The position numbers were made by a program, and so were the translations under genes. DNA of 64,000 bases from Macrostomum lignano (taxonomy: Eukaryota): contig NIVC01001902.1 of assembly GCA_002269645.1 (NCBI GenBank), positions 1-64,000 on the forward strand, read 5' to 3'. Each line of letters opens with the position of its first letter. The first letter of the stretch is position 1. The notes under the pieces are model-generated. The model saw only the letters and a list, made by a program, of their open reading frames with translations, made no database searches and was not told the DNA's origin. Of the stretch, positions 22,011-36,574 are shown one piece after another.

Positions 22011-23198
22011 ATGTCGAAATCAAGCAAGTCGCTGAGTGCCAAGGCGAAGCAGCAGCAGCAGCAGCAGCAGGAGGACCGCGGCTCCACCTCCACGGGCACC
22101 GAGGATGACGAAGGAGAGGATGGCAATGAAGGTCGCCGTCAGAAGTCTGAGTCCCGCAAGCGGCTGCAGCGGTCGTTCTCGCTGGTTCCGGAGCGACTTG
22201 CCGTCGGCGGCAAAGGAGGCGGCGGCAGCGGCGGCGGGCTGTTCAGGAAGTCCGCCAGCCGGATGCAGCTGTGCGAGGCCGTCCTGCAGGTGCTCATTGT
22301 TGGCCTGGTGGTGGCAACCTTCCCGTTCTCGCTGCTGCTGTGCCTGAAGGTGGTGGCCCAGTACGAGCGGGCGGTGATCTTCCGTCTGGGCCGGATCCGC
22401 AGCTCCGAGGCCAGCGGGCCCGGCATGATCTTCCTGCTGCCCGGCATCGACTCCATGAAGCTGGTGGACCTGCGCACCATGACATTCGACGTGCCCACCC
22501 AGGAGGTGCTGACTAAAGACTCTGTGACCGTGGCGGTTGAGGCCGTGGTGTACTACAGGATCTTCGACCCGGTCATGTCGGTTGTCAACGTCGAGGACTG
22601 CAGCCGCTCCACGAAGCTGCTCGCCCAGACAACACTGCGCAACGTCCTTGGCACGGCCAGTCTCTACCAGCTGCTGGCCGGCCGGGACGAATCCACCCTG
22701 CTGATGCAGGAGACTCTGGACGCCGCCACCGACACATGGGGCGTCAAGGTGGAGCGAGTGGAGATCAAGGATGTCCGCCTGCCGACTCAGCTGCAGCGGG
22801 CGATGGCCGCCGAGGCGGAGGCGGCCCGCGAGGCCCGGGCGAAGGTGATCGCGGCCGAGGGCGAGCAGAAGGCCAGCAAAGCGTTGAAGGCGGCCGCCAT
22901 CGAGCTGTCCGAGTGCGGAGTCGCCCTGCAGCTGCGCTACCTGCAGACTCTGTGCAGCATCTCGGCTGAGAAGAACTCAACAATCATCTTCCCGCTGCCC
23001 ATCGAGATGCTGCAGATGTTCCAGACCGAGCAGCAGCAGCCGCCGCCGCAGTCCACCGATGATTCTGACGCCACGGCACCGACTTCCTGTGCCAGGCCGG
23101 TGATCACCACCAGCCGAAAGTCGACGACGCATCCGCAGACCCAGCAGCAGATGGGAGCTGCTTCCGGTGCGAACAGCAGCTTGGAGTCCGGCTGCTGA
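22011..23198 (+). CDS. Stomatin/MEC-2-like SPFH (band 7) membrane protein, 395 aa, intronless
   Basis: Hydrophobic hairpin with TFPFS, [127 protein letters not shown]. Confidence 0.95.
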   Translation: [395 protein letters not shown]

Positions 23199-23344
23199 TT
23201 GAAGGCTTTGAAGTGGGCTGACTGGGCTGCTTGACGGCCGTAGCAACTATGATGCAGACTTGCGGGTCCTGTTTGTGTTTTGAGCAAAATTTCACTGGGT
23301 CTGTGAGACGGTAGTTGTCACCCTCCTGTTAAACACGAGTGGCC

Positions 23345-23822
23345 CCTGTTAGACAGGAATGTCACCTGTTAGACAGGAATGTCACCTGTTAGACAGGAAT
23401 GTCACCTGTTAGACAGGAGTGGCACCTGTTAGACAGGAATGTCACCTGTTAGACAGGAGTGGCACCTGTTAGACAGGGATGGCACCTGTTAGACAGGAGT
23501 GGCACCTGTTAGACAGGGATGGCACCTGTTAGACAGGAGTGGCACCTGTTAGACAGGATTGCACCACCTGTTAGACCGGATGGCACCTGTTAGATAGGAT
23601 TGCACCACCTGTTAGACAGGAGTGGCACCTGTTAGACAGGGATGGCACCTGTTAGATAGGGGTGGCACCTGTTAGACAGGGGTAGCACCTGTTAGATAGG
23701 ATTGTGGCACCTGTTAGACAGGAATGTCACCTGTTAGAGAGGAATGTCACCTGTTGGACAAGATTGGAACCTGTTACACAGGGGTGACACCTGTTAGACA
23801 GGGGTAGCACTGGTTACACAGG
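23345..23822. repeat. 20-bp minisatellite (CACCTGTTAGACAGGAATGT)
   Basis: Direct inspection. Confidence 0.9.
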
Positions 23823-24147
23823 TTTCTTTCTTAATTCTCATATGCAACTGCGCTCTAATAATAATCTATATTTATAGCAAAAGGAAATATAATTAACCGC
23901 TTGGCAATGCAAACTGTTTAAGATTGACATGTACTTTATTCAAATCCTTCAACCGTGCTTTTAGCTGGGTCACGAATTTCATATCGTTCACCTATTAATT
24001 AATCAATCAATCAATCAACAATAATGAATTTCCACCACTCAGAGATCAGTTGCTGCTCGGCTGTCCCCCACCGTCTGCTTAAGAAGCAGGCAGGGAAAAA
24101 ACTTTAAGATAAAATCTTGATTGAAATTTTTATAATCCGCGTCTGCT

Positions 24148-26725
24148 CTGACTGTCACTCTCCCGCTCACTGTCACTCTCCCGCTCACCGTCACTCTCCC
24201 GCTCACTGTCACTCTCCCGCTCACTGTCACTCTCCCGCTCACTGTCACTCTCCCGCTCACCGTCACTCTCCCGCTCACTGTCACTCTCCCGCTCACTGTC
24301 ACTCTCCCGCTCACCGTCACTCTCCCGCTCACTGTCACTCTCCCGCTCACCGTCACTCTCCCGCTCACTGTCACTCTCCCGCTCACTGTCACTCTCCCGC
24401 TCACTGTCACTCTCCCGCTCACTGTCACTCTCCCGCTCACTGTCACTCTCCCGCTCACTGTCACTCTCCCGCTCACTGTCACTCTCCCGCTCACTGTCAC
24501 TCTCCGCTCACTGTCACTCTCCCGCTCACCGTCACTCTCCCGCTCACTGTCACTCTCCCGCTCACTGTCACTCTCCCGCTCACTGTCACTCTCCCGCTCA
24601 CTGTCACTCTCCCGCTCACTGTCACTCTCCCGCTCACTGTCACTCTCCCGCTCACTGTCACTCTCCCGCTCACTGTCACTCTCCCGCTCACTGTCACTCT
24701 CCCGCTCACTGTCACTCTCCCGCTCACTGTCACTCTCCCGCTCACTGTCACTCTCCCGCTCACTGTCACTCTCCCGCTCACTGTCACTCTCCCGCTCACT
24801 GTCACTCTCCCGCTCACTGTCACTCTCCCGCTCACTGTCACTCTCCCGCTCACTGTCACTCTCCCGCTCACCGTCACTCTCTACTCACTGTCATTCTCTA
24901 CTCACTCATTCTCTACTCACTCTCCCGCTCACTCTCCCGCTCACTGTCACTCTCCCGCTCACTGTCACTCTCCCGCTCACTGTCACTCTCCCGCTCACTG
25001 TCACTCTCCCGCTCACTGTCACTCTCCCGCTCACTGTCACTCTCCCGCTCACTGTCACTCTCCCGCTCACTGTCACTCTCCCGCTCACTGTCACTCTCCC
25101 GCTCACTGTCACTCTCCCGCTCACCGTCACTCTCTACTCACTGTCATTCTCTACTCACTCATTCTCTACTCACTCATTCTCTACTCACTGTCACTCTCTA
25201 CTCACTGTCACTCTCTACTCACTGTCACTCTCCCGCTCACCGTCACTCTCCCGCTCACTGTCCCTCTCCCGCTCACTGTCACTCTCCCGCTCACTGTCAC
25301 TCTCCCGCTCACTGTCACTCTCCCGCTCACTGTCACTCTCCCGCTCACTGTCACTCTCCCGCTCACTGTCACTCTCCCGCTCACTGTCACTCTCCCGCTC
25401 ACCGTCACTCTCCCGCTCACTGTCACTCTCCCGCTCACTGTCACTCTCCCGCTCACTGTCACTCTCCCGCTCACTGTCACTCTCCCGCTCACTGTCACTC
25501 TCCCGCTCACTGTCACTCTCCGCTCACTGTCACTCTCCCGCTCACTGTCACTCTCCCGCTCACCGTCACTCTCCCGCTCACTGTCACTCTCCCGCTCACT
25601 GTCACTCTCCCGCTCACTGTCACTCTCCCGCTCACTGTCACTCTCCCGCTCACTGTCACTCTCCCGCTCACTGTCACTCTCCCGCTCACTGTCACTCTCC
25701 CGCTCACTGTCACTCTCCCGCTCACTGTCACTCTCCCGCTCACTGTCACTCTCCCGCTCACCGTCACTCTCTACTCACTGTCATTCTCTACTCACTCATT
25801 CTCTACTCACTAATTCTCTACTCACTGTCACTCTCTACTCACTGTCACTCTCTACTCACTGTCACTCTCCCGCTCACCGTCACTCTCCCGCTCACTGTCA
25901 CTCTCCCGCTCACCGTCACTCTCTACTCACTCATTCTCTACTCACTGTCACTCTCTACTCACTGTCACTCTCCCGCTCACTGTCACTCTCTACTCACTGT
26001 CACTCTCTACTCACTGTCACTCTCCCGCTCACTGTCACTCTCTACTCACTGTCACTCTCTACTCACTGTCACTCTCCCGCTCACTGTCACTCTCTACTCA
26101 CTGTCACTCTCTACTCACTGTCACTCTCTACTCACTGTCACTCTCTACTCACTGTCACTCTCTACTCACTGTCACTCTCTACTCACTGTCACTCTCTACT
26201 CACTGTCACTCTCTACTCACTGTCACTCCACGCACTGTCACTCCACTCACTGTCACTCCACTCACTGTCACTCCACTCACTGTCACTCCACTCACTGTCA
26301 CTCCACTCACTGTCACTCCACTCACTGTCACTCCACTCACTGTCACTCTCTACTCACTGTCACTCCACTCACTGTCACTCCACTCACTGTCACTCCACTC
26401 ACTGTCACTCCACTCACTGTCACTCCACTCACTGTCACTCCACTCACTGTCACTCCACTCACTGTCACTCTCTACTCACTGTCACTCTCTACTCACTGTC
26501 ACTCTCTACTCACTGTCACTCTCTACTCACTGTCACTCTCTACTCACTGTCACTCTCTACTCACTGTCACTCTCTACTCACTGTCACTCCACGCACTGTC
26601 ACTCCACTCACTGTCACTCCACTCACTGTCACTCCACTCACTGTCACTCCACTCACTGTCACTCCACTCACTGTCACTCCACTCACTGTCACTCCACTCA
26701 CTGTCACTCCACTCACTGTCACTCT
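24148..26725. repeat. 18-bp minisatellite (CTGTCACTCTCCCGCTCA) grading into 15-17 bp variants
   Basis: More than 100 units; source of the spurious 915-aa ORF. Confidence 0.95.
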
Positions 26726-27659
26726 CTGTACTCACTATCGCTGCTCAGTTACTGTCACTCCTAACTTACAGGAACCTCTCATCTTACCTTTGATACTTCT
26801 GTACCCTAATTCTATGACTCCACTAAGAAAAATGCGTCAGTTCTCTCAAACTGCTCGTTACTGAGCGAATTTTCCTCAACTCCCACAGGATCCCCCCAGT
26901 CAACAAAAATCTGTCGCCTTGAGATTGGCGGGAGAAAAGGGGATTTTTACGATCGCCTCAATCCTCGATCGCCTCGGTCAATTTTCCAGCTAGAGAGGAG
27001 AGGAGGCGTGAAAATCGTTGAAAAAAGGCACTTGCTCTTTTTCTGTCTAAGTGGCGTTTTTTATTTCCTTCCACCTCTGCTCAAAGCTGCTCAGTCCGGC
27101 CACTCACAGCCCCTTAGAATTATTTATGACAACCTGCAACGAGGAGTTGGGAGGGGATGAGGCGCCCTGAGACTGGCACGGTGTGGCAAGGCCAAGCCTG
27201 ACATTTGCGGGCGGCCCGATGATGGAGGAACTTGAAGTCTGCGCAATCATATGGATGCTGGGGGCTGGATGCGTACAGTTGAGTTAAGAGTTAATCTCTC
27301 AGGCTAATCTCACACTCCTGGCGATTGTGTGTGTGCGCTCTGACACAGCTCAAGTTAATGCCAGTCTGTGGAGCAGTATTGTGGAGAATCAGTCAATTGA
27401 GTGACTATACTCAAACACTCACATACAGACTGGGATTGCTGATAAAGCTGATTATATAGGTAGTTACAGTTCCGCTTGGGCTTGAGAAAATTCAACAAAA
27501 CCGCTGTAGTATTTAAAAACTCGATAAAATGTTCGATTTAAAGTAATAGCTAAACCGATGGTCTTAATGTCTAACAGGAAAGTTAAGAATCGATTCTCTT
27601 TCTTAGAAAGCGACAGTTAAAAATCTGGTTTCTTTCTTAGACACAAGTACGAGCGTAAT

Positions 27660-28300
27660 CAAAAACCTTGTCTCTTTCTTAGAAACTGGTGATATTAAAA
27701 CCTTGTCTCTTTCTTAGAAACTGGTGATCAAAAACCTTGTCCCTTTCTTAGAAACTGGTGATTAAAACATGGTCCCTTTCTTAGAAACTGGTGATTAAAA
27801 CATGGTCCCTTTCTTAGAAACTGGTGATTAAAACATGGTCCCTTTCTTAGAAACTGGTGATTAAGGACCTTGTCCCTTTCTTAGAAACTGGTGATTAAAA
27901 CCTTGTCTCTTTCTTAGAAACTGGTGATCAAAAACCTTGTCCCTTTCTTAGAAACTGGTGATTAAAACATGGTCCCTTTCTTAGAAACTGGTGATTAAAA
28001 CATGGTCCCTTTCTTAGAAACTGGTGATTAAAACATGGTCCCTTTCTTAGAAACTGGTGATTAAAACCTTGTCCCTCTTTCTTAGAAACTGGTGATTAAA
28101 ACCTTGTCCCTCTTTCTTAGAAACTGGTGATTAAGACCTTGTCCCTTTCTTAGAAACTGGTGATTAAAACCTTGTCTCTTTCTTAGAAACTGGTGATTAA
28201 AACCTTGTCCCTCTTTCTTAGAAACTGGTGATTAAGACCTTGTCCCTTTCTTAGAAACTGGTGATTAAAACCTTGTCTCTTTCTTAGAAACTGGTGATGA
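27660..28300. repeat. ~35-bp minisatellite (CTTAGAAACTGGTGATTAAAACCTTGTCCCTTT)
   Basis: Direct inspection. Confidence 0.92.
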
Positions 28301-28710
28301 TAAAACAGTCTGGTACCTTTCTTATAATACTACCAAACTCCATCTCGATTGCAATGTTGGCCTTTTCAACAGTATGTAATCTCGCTGCGAGAACAGGTTA
28401 GTCCGATAATAAAACCTCTGATTTCTGTTCTACTTTTACTTTTTTATTCATTCAAACCGGATTTCATGCTGAAACTACAGCGTAAAGTTAAAGCAAAAAT
28501 ACATGGACATAATATTAAAGGAAACAAGTGGCATTTTCTATTATTATAATCTATCTATTATAATCTCAAATTGCGGTCTCTAAAGTTGTCAATAATTTCT
28601 GGTTTCTTTATTCAGATAAAATCTGGACAAAACTCAAAAAAAATCTGGTAGCACGAGATCCACAAAATCCGTCTCGATCAGTTTTTTTATGACACCACGA
28701 GCAGATGTGC

Positions 28711-29017
28711 AACCGACAGCTCAGCCGCAGCTACTGCGCGGCGCATCTGAAGACTGCGTACGGCTGTTCAGTCCAAGGACTGGGGGTCGCCACACACAAC
28801 CTCAATTACCCCAGCTAATGCTGGCACCCATTTCACAGCTGGGTGAACTGAAGCAATGCAGTGAGTTAAGTGTTCTGCTCAAGGACACAAATTGTTCCAG
28901 TGGGATCGGGAATCGAACCCCCGGCCTTTCAGTCGTGAGTCAGTCGCTCTAACCCGGGAGATTGTGCTTCTCTGGCCGGTTGTCGCTGTCGCATAAGCTC
29001 CACTAGGCTACAACCCC
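28711..29017 (-). mobile_element. tRNA-derived SINE family B (CORE-like), copy 1
   Basis: Minus strand A box TAGCCTAGTG(G) and B box GGTTCGATTCC; body shared with 37166-37427; extra ~45-bp insert in the head. Confidence 0.8.
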
Positions 29018-29457
29018 ATTTTATCAGTAAAACAGGCCAAAATGCTTGTCTCAATCGATTCCCGCAGTCCCGATTCCCAGATCCCGTCCAAAGATGGATA
29101 AAATGGTAGCCAATATTATTGGCACTTATAGGGCTCAAATTCCACCACCATCAAGACAAAACGCCTCCCACTCGATTTGTTAAATGTATTTTTCGATACA
29201 TATCGGATCGGCAATATCTTTGTTTAGAAAAAGTTATATCGCTTTAACAAGGCCGGCCGATCTCGGCCAAGTGGCAGTGATGGAGCGGATTTTCTCTCCC
29301 CCACCCCAGCGCAAAAGATTCTGGCTTAATTTTCGATTTTTTTCTCACAGTCTTCCCTTTCTCCAATCTGTCTCGCTCTGAAGTCCGCCGGCTTTCCTGG
29401 GCCGGTTCTTGGTTTTCGATTTTTACCGAATTTTCGAACATTTCCAATTCTATTGGG

Positions 29458-30110
29458 CTTATCCATCTCTATCCACCTCTATCCACCACTATCCACTTCT
29501 ATCCGTCTCTATCCATCTCTATCTACCTCTATCCACTTCTATCCGTCTCTATCCATCTCTATCTACCTCTATCCACTCCTATCCATCTCTATCTACCTCT
29601 ATCCACTCCTATCCGTCTCTATCCGTCTCTATCCACCAATCTATCTATGTCTATCAGACTCTATACACTTCTCTATCCATCTCTATCCATCTCTATCTAC
29701 CTCTATCCACTTCTATCCGTCTCTATCCATCTCTATCCACCTCTATCCACTTCTATCCGTCTCTATCTACCTCTATCCACTCCTATCCGTCTCTATCCGT
29801 CTCTATCCACCTATCTATCATGTCTAGCAGACTCTATACACTTCTCTATCCATCTCTATCCATCTCTATCTACCTCTATCCACTTCTATCCGTCTCTATC
29901 CATCTCTATCCACCTCTATCCACTTCTATCCGTCTCTATCCATCTCTATCCACCTCTATCCACTTCTATTTGTCTCTATCCATCTCTATCCACCTCTATC
30001 CACTTCTATCCGTCTCTATCCACTTCTATCCGTCTCTATCCACCTATCTATCTATGTCTATCAGACTCTATACTAGAGTCAGACTCTATCCGTCTTTATC
30101 GGTCTCTATC
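29458..30110. repeat. (CTATCC/CTCTATC)-type degenerate simple repeat
   Basis: Direct inspection. Confidence 0.9.
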
Positions 30111-31074
30111 AGCCATTTTCTATCTCTAACCAGTACATCCATATCTATAATTATCCATTGATATCTATATCTGTAGCAGTATCTAAGTGCATCTCTCCTT
30201 CTCTGTGTACCTCTATCTGTCTGTATCGCACTTATTCCAATCAATAATATCCATATTGATTGACCTCTATCACTATAAGCAACCTCTTTTTAGCTCTTTG
30301 ATGCTGCAGTGAGTGCGTACACACTGCTTGATTAGAAAGCCAGCAAGCTTTAAAAATTGTCTCCAGCTGCCGGTCCTTGCGCCTCATCCTCTGCTGACAG
30401 CTGTTAAACCTTTACCGGGCAAATGTTTACCAACTGGAACTCTGCACCTACGCGTATTTGCGGGCCAGATGCCTTCTTCGCTTCGCCATGGACAGCGATG
30501 TCTTGGGCGGGGGGGGGCGATCTGGAATGGAACAATAGGAAACATTATACTAACTATTTGATTATATTTTCCAGAATCTCAGTACGTGTTGTTTTTTTGT
30601 GCAGGCTGGACTTTTTATTGGTGTTGCACTTTTCGAAGAATTTTGTGTGAGTCATACAAGTCATACGCCGTATGGCAATCACGGCGGCGATCAGTGCAGT
30701 TCCGCAGTGTCTGTGCAGTCCTGGGCGCGCCATGCACAGATCCTGGCTTTTTTGCTGCGGCACTAAGGTCTAGCATAGCTGTAGCCTCTTTGTGTGCGCG
30801 GTCTGCAGGGGATAAAATCTCCTAACTCCAAGTCCGAAGCTGAAATCCGCTGCGCTTAGATAAGCAAGCGGGTTGGCTTAGTTACCAAGGTGGAAGGTGG
30901 CCTGCTAGCGAATAACTCCGGCCACTGTCCGAGGGACCGCAGAGGTGCGCTGGGGGGGGGGGACCGAGGAGAACTGAAAAGTGAATCCTGCTACTGCTTT
31001 ACTAAATCCATGTTTTCATTTTTCAAGACACTAAAAAGTTAATTGCAAAGAGTTTTCACGCAGTTTGCACACAG

Positions 31075-32000
31075 TATGGCAATCTGTCTGTCTATAGCAA
31101 TCTGTCTGTCTATAGCAATCTGTCTGTCTATGGCAATTTGTCTGTCTATGGCAATCTGTCTGTCTATGGCAGTCTGTCTGTCTATAGCAATCTGTCTGTC
31201 TATAGCAATCTGTCTGTCTATGGCAATCTGTCTGTCTATGGCAATCTGTCTGTCTATGGCAATCTGTCTGTCTATGGCAATCTGTCTGACTATCGGCGAT
31301 CTGCCTGTCTATGGCAATCCGTCTGTCTATGGCAATCTGTCTGACTATCGGCGATCTGCCTGTCTATGGCAATCCGTCTGTCTATTGCAGTCTGCCTGTC
31401 TATGGCAATCCGTCTGTCTATGGCAATTTGTCTGTCTATGGCAATCTCTCTGTCTATGGCAATCTGTCCGTCTATGGCAATCTGTCTGTCTATGGCAATC
31501 TGTCTGACTATCGGCGATCTGCCTGTCTATGGCAATCCGTCTGTCTATGGCAATCTGTCTGACTATCGGCGATCTGCCTGTCTATGGCAATCCGTCTGTC
31601 TATTGCAGTCTGCCTGTCTATGGCAATCCGTCTGTCTATGGCAATTTGTCTGTCTATGGCAATCTCTCTGTCTATGGCAATCTGTCCGTCTATGGCAATC
31701 TGTCTGTCTATGGCAATCTGTCTGACTATCGGCGATCTGCCTGTCTATGGCAATCCGTCTGTCTATGGCAATCTGTCTGACTATCGGCGATCTGCCTGTC
31801 TATGGCAATCCGTCTGTCTATGGCAATCTGTCTGACTATCGGCGATCTGCCTGTCTATGGCAATCCGTCTGTCTATTGCAGTCTGTCTGTCTATAGCAAT
31901 CTGTCTGTCTATGGCAATTTGTCTGTCTATGGCAATCTCTCTGTCTATGGCAATCTGTCCGTCTATGGCAATCTGTCTGTCTATGGCGATCTGTCTGTCT
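31075..32000. repeat. 18-bp minisatellite (ATGGCAATCTGTCTGTCT) with higher-order repeats
   Basis: Direct inspection. Confidence 0.92.
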
Positions 32001-32431
32001 ATGGTCTTTGCTAATCCAGACGATGGCTCAGATTCTCCTTGGTTTGCACATCCTGCCCCTCAGCTAGAAATAATAACAGCAAAAAGTGCTGCATCAGGGT
32101 GCCACAGCTTGTAGGGGTCCCAGCTTCCTGCATCATCGCTGCTCCACCCTCAATCTGTGTGTTGCTAGGATGGTTATGTTGCCACTGAATTTGGTCCCTG
32201 ATTTTCCTACCTGCATTTGGGGATAGCTGTTCCAGTTCTTTAGCCAAGTGGGGGGGATTATTGCAGGAAAAACCTAGGGATTTGGGCTTCTGATGCCTTT
32301 TTCCTTCCAATGATGAAGGAAATGGAAGCTGTTTCACCTCCTCATTAACTCTCCGTGTCTCTGCTGTCGTTTTTTGCCTCTGGTACCGTTCCAGTCATGA
32401 TGACTTTCGAGTAGTGTGAACTTCTTCAACT

Positions 32432-33105
32432 GGGTGAGTGGGTGAGTGAGTGAGTGACTGAGTGACTGAGTGACTGAGTTACTGAGTGACTGAGTGACTG
32501 AGTGACTGAGTGACTGAGTGACTGAGTGACTGAGTGACTGAGGGAGTTAGTGACTGAGTGACTGAGTGAGTTAGTGGCTGAGTGACTGAGTGAGTTAGTG
32601 ACTGAGCGACTGAGTGAGTAAGTGACTGAGTGACTGAGTGACTGACTCAGTAAGTGACTGAGTGACTGAGTGACTGAGTCAGTAAGTGACTGAGTGACTG
32701 AGTGACTGAGGGAGTTAGTGACTGAGTGACTGAGTGAGTTAGTGGCTGAGTGACTGAGTGAGTTAGTGACTGAGTGACTGAGTGACTGAGTCAGTAAGTG
32801 ACTGAGTGACTGAGTGACTGAGTCAGTAAGTGACTGAGTGACTGAGTGAGTTAGTGACTGAGCGACTGAGTGAGTAAGTGACTGAGTGAGTGAGTGAGTG
32901 AGTGACTGAGTGAATTAGTGAGTAAATTAGTGAGTAAATTAGTGAGTGAGTGAGTGAGTGAGTGAGTGAGTGAGTGAGTGAGTGAGTGAGTGAGTGAGTG
33001 AGTGAGTGAGTGAGTGAGTGAGTGAGTGAGTGAGTGAGTGAGTGAGTGAGTGAGTGAGTGAGTGAGTGAGTGAGTGAGTGAGTGAGTAAGTAAGTAAGTG
33101 AGTGA
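32432..33105. repeat. (TGAG)n/(TGACTGAG)n microsatellite
   Basis: Direct inspection. Confidence 0.93.
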
Positions 33106-33944
33106 ACCTGTGACTTATATTCAACTGTAATCAGTTGTTAAAATTTGTGCTAATCAACTCCATAGTCGCATTGAAACTATGGGATAAATGAAGCAAAATC
33201 AATCATTCTGCCAGGGACCAATTTGGACTACCGGAAGCATTCTGTTCTTAACCTCCCTGATGGAGCCTGATTGATTGATTGATCAAATCAACTTTAGCTA
33301 TAGGAGAGAGTGAGATACAGTGGTTCAACCGTCTGCTTCAGCTGGGTTTTTCAGCTTCTTCTAAAAGCAGACTTACGCCGCTGCATCAGGATGTGCCCCG
33401 GCAGCTGACCCGTCCGTTCCGAACAAAATGACACGAGAGAGAGCGTTGCAAAAGGAAAAATTAAGGATTTTTTTAGTTAAAAGCGCATGGAATACTGCTG
33501 CATATTTTTAGGTTAATCATCGCTTATTGCAGATTTCCAATCCAGATTGCTAGGCCTAGAAGTCCATGGGTTTTGTTGTTGAACTGGCGCGTGCAGCTGT
33601 TCGGTTCAATATAACTAGGAATCCGAACTGGGAGGGGAAAGCCAGTTTCTATTCATTGGCGCTGATTTTGCTGCTTCTACTAGCGCTAAAGCTAGTTGAT
33701 TGCGTCTGATCTCTGATCTCTGATGCCAGCTATGCTGTTAGCTGGTGCCAATTCCTGGCCTCCTCATCGCCAGAAACCAGCCTTATCTAAGCACTCTATC
33801 TCTTCTACTTCAACGAAGTACTACTGTAAATGAAACAGTGTAGACTGGGTTTTTGATTATGCACCATCATTGGGTTGAACTTAAGTGGGCAGATCTTTAG
33901 TGCAGTGTGTGTGTACATTGCCTGATAATAAGAGAATCAGGGCC

Positions 33945-34585
33945 GCTGTGAGACAGGGGCGCCCACCAAGAGACAGGGGCGCCGACCTAGAGACAGGGGC
34001 GCCGACAACCAAGAGACAGGGGCGCCGACCACCAAGAGACAGGGGCGCCCACCAAGAGACCGGGGCGCCGACCACCAAGAGACAGGGGCGCCCAGCAAGA
34101 GACAGGGGCGCCGACCACCAAGAGACAGGGGCGCCCAGCAAGATACAGGGGCGCCCACCAAGAGACAGGGGCGCCCACCAAAAAACAGGGGCGCCCACCA
34201 AGAGACAGGGGCGCCCACCAAGAGACAGGGGCGCCCAGCAAGAGACAGGGGCGCCCAGCAAGAGACAGGGGCGCCCACCAAGAGACAGGGGCGCCCACCA
34301 AGAGACAGGGGCGCCCAGCAAGAGACAGGGGCGCCCACCAAGAGACCGGGGCGCCGACCACCAAGAGACAGGGGCGCCCAGCAAGAGACAGGGGCGCCGA
34401 CCACCAAGAGACAGGGGCGCCCACCAAGAGACAGGGGCGCCCAGCAAGAGACAGGGGCGCCCAGCAAGAGACAGGGGCGCCCACCAAGAGACAGGGGCGC
34501 CCACCAAGAGACAGGGGCGCCCACCAAGAGACAGGGGCGCCCACCAAGAGACAGGGGCGCCGACCACGAAAAGACAGGGGCGCTC
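33945..34585. repeat. 21-24 bp GC-rich minisatellite (CAAGAGACAGGGGCGCCCAC)
   Basis: Direct inspection. Confidence 0.93.
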
Positions 34586-35287
34586 CTGTCTCATGTTTGG
34601 CAGCAACTTTTCCCTCCGTTCTGTGTTTTGTTTTTAATTTCTAAAAGAATATTCTTCAAATTAAAAGCCGTCTCTAAAATGGATCTTTCGCATTTTTTAA
34701 TGCGCAGCAGCAGAAAAAATTGCAACGCAAATCGAAATTTGACCCAGGAAAGAATTGTGTCCGTTTTGAATGCGGTTTGTGTTTTCTGTCTGTCTGCCTG
34801 CTTACCTTTGCCTAGCGGGAGAGGCCGGGACAATCAAGTCGAACTTGTGTGTGTGTGGGGGGGGGTCCCCACGCGACCGCCTGCCTTCGACTTCCAAGTG
34901 GTTGACAACCGAACTTCCTAGTTCCACGGCTCGAATAGTTTTGTCCCCCGGTTTCCAAGCGGGGGGGTGTTTCTGCACGAGTCCCTGTGCTGGTTTATTC
35001 GCAATCGAATAGCTCGAAGTTTCGAGGTAGGAAACTGGAAGAGTTTTCTGTCATCTCTGTCACCGAACGAATGCCAGTGCGGCCACACGGCTTTTATTTT
35101 TCTCGTACGCATTTTTCCCTAAAGCATTCGTGGGCGTAAAATTCGTTCTGATTTTTATGAAGCTCCCCGACCTCTGATGGGGTCTGGCATGCAGCTCCAT
35201 CCAAAGCAGGTGAAGGGGGCAAGGGGGTCGTTGCCCCCTCCCCAGAGTGTCCCTGCTGCCAGTGCCCTGTCAAAGGAAATGGCGTAT

Positions 35288-35730
<443 letters not shown>

Positions 35731-36574
35731 GTAAGTGATTGTCGATTTCGAGTTTTTTAGCTATTACAAGACACTACTTTTCAGTTGAGCGTCTGTTGCG
35801 AGTTTTTTGCTAAAATTTGCGCCAAACAAAAAACTTCACAGCCAAGCAGGTCGTGTCTGAGCCTGCAAATTCGTTGGTTTGTTGCAAATCCTGATTAAAT
35901 GCTCAAATGAATTTAAGAGCGTATGAGCAGAGCTGCATGTGCATGAGTAGGCTGAACCATTTGGAAGCCAAATTCCTGCACCGCAGGCCATACCGAAACG
36001 GCCCAAAAACCCAGAGATTGAAAAAATGTCAGTGGGATCAAAAAGCATCTCCCGATCACTACAGCAAGTGCCCAGTATGGCCTGATGTGCAGGTCATGAC
36101 TGATTTAAGGAAGTCCATTGCGCATTTCCATTACGTTTTCACTCAAATGTTAAAGGTGAAATAAAGGTGTGGGAATTCAACGTGTCTCATGCCAGATCCT
36201 GAAGCATGACGCATGGCTGCAGCAGAATACTGTCTTCTTAGCTGGAACGTCAGGTTTCAAAGAGAAACTTTTCATCTCGGCCTGCAGACAGTCCAGCAGG
36301 CAATTTCGTGGGTAGGAAGGTTTGAACAGGAGCTAGCAGAAAAACTTTGTGGTATACTTTACTTCTGGGCTTTTAGGCTGAGCACACGATTCAGCAAAAA
36401 AGACAAATTTGTCTTTGGGTTGCTTTGCAGGCCTTTGGGTTTTTAAGCGATCTGACGGAATCAAGCTTGGGCGCGAATAGTTTTTCATCATTCAGTTTTT
36501 CATATTTTGACTAATCTAATTTTTACACCATTTGGCGTAACTCCAGTCTTCTTTAAGATACATCCCAATGAGAT

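Noticed and set aside
24117-26864. 915-aa ORF and other long ORFs over repeats (1553-2910, 5826-7412, 7740-8548, 12470-13651, 14158-15744, 29409-30161, 31043-32114, 33881-34637, 61727-62972)
   Set aside because: Translations of tandem repeats lacking stop codons, open in several frames and strands, located in introns or intergenic DNA
32011-32337. Possible gag-like zinc-knuckle remnant
   Set aside because: No complete CCHC motif in one frame; too weak to call
35750-36500. Short ORFs between repeats, possible TE remnant
   Set aside because: No recognisable motif or consistent splice structure
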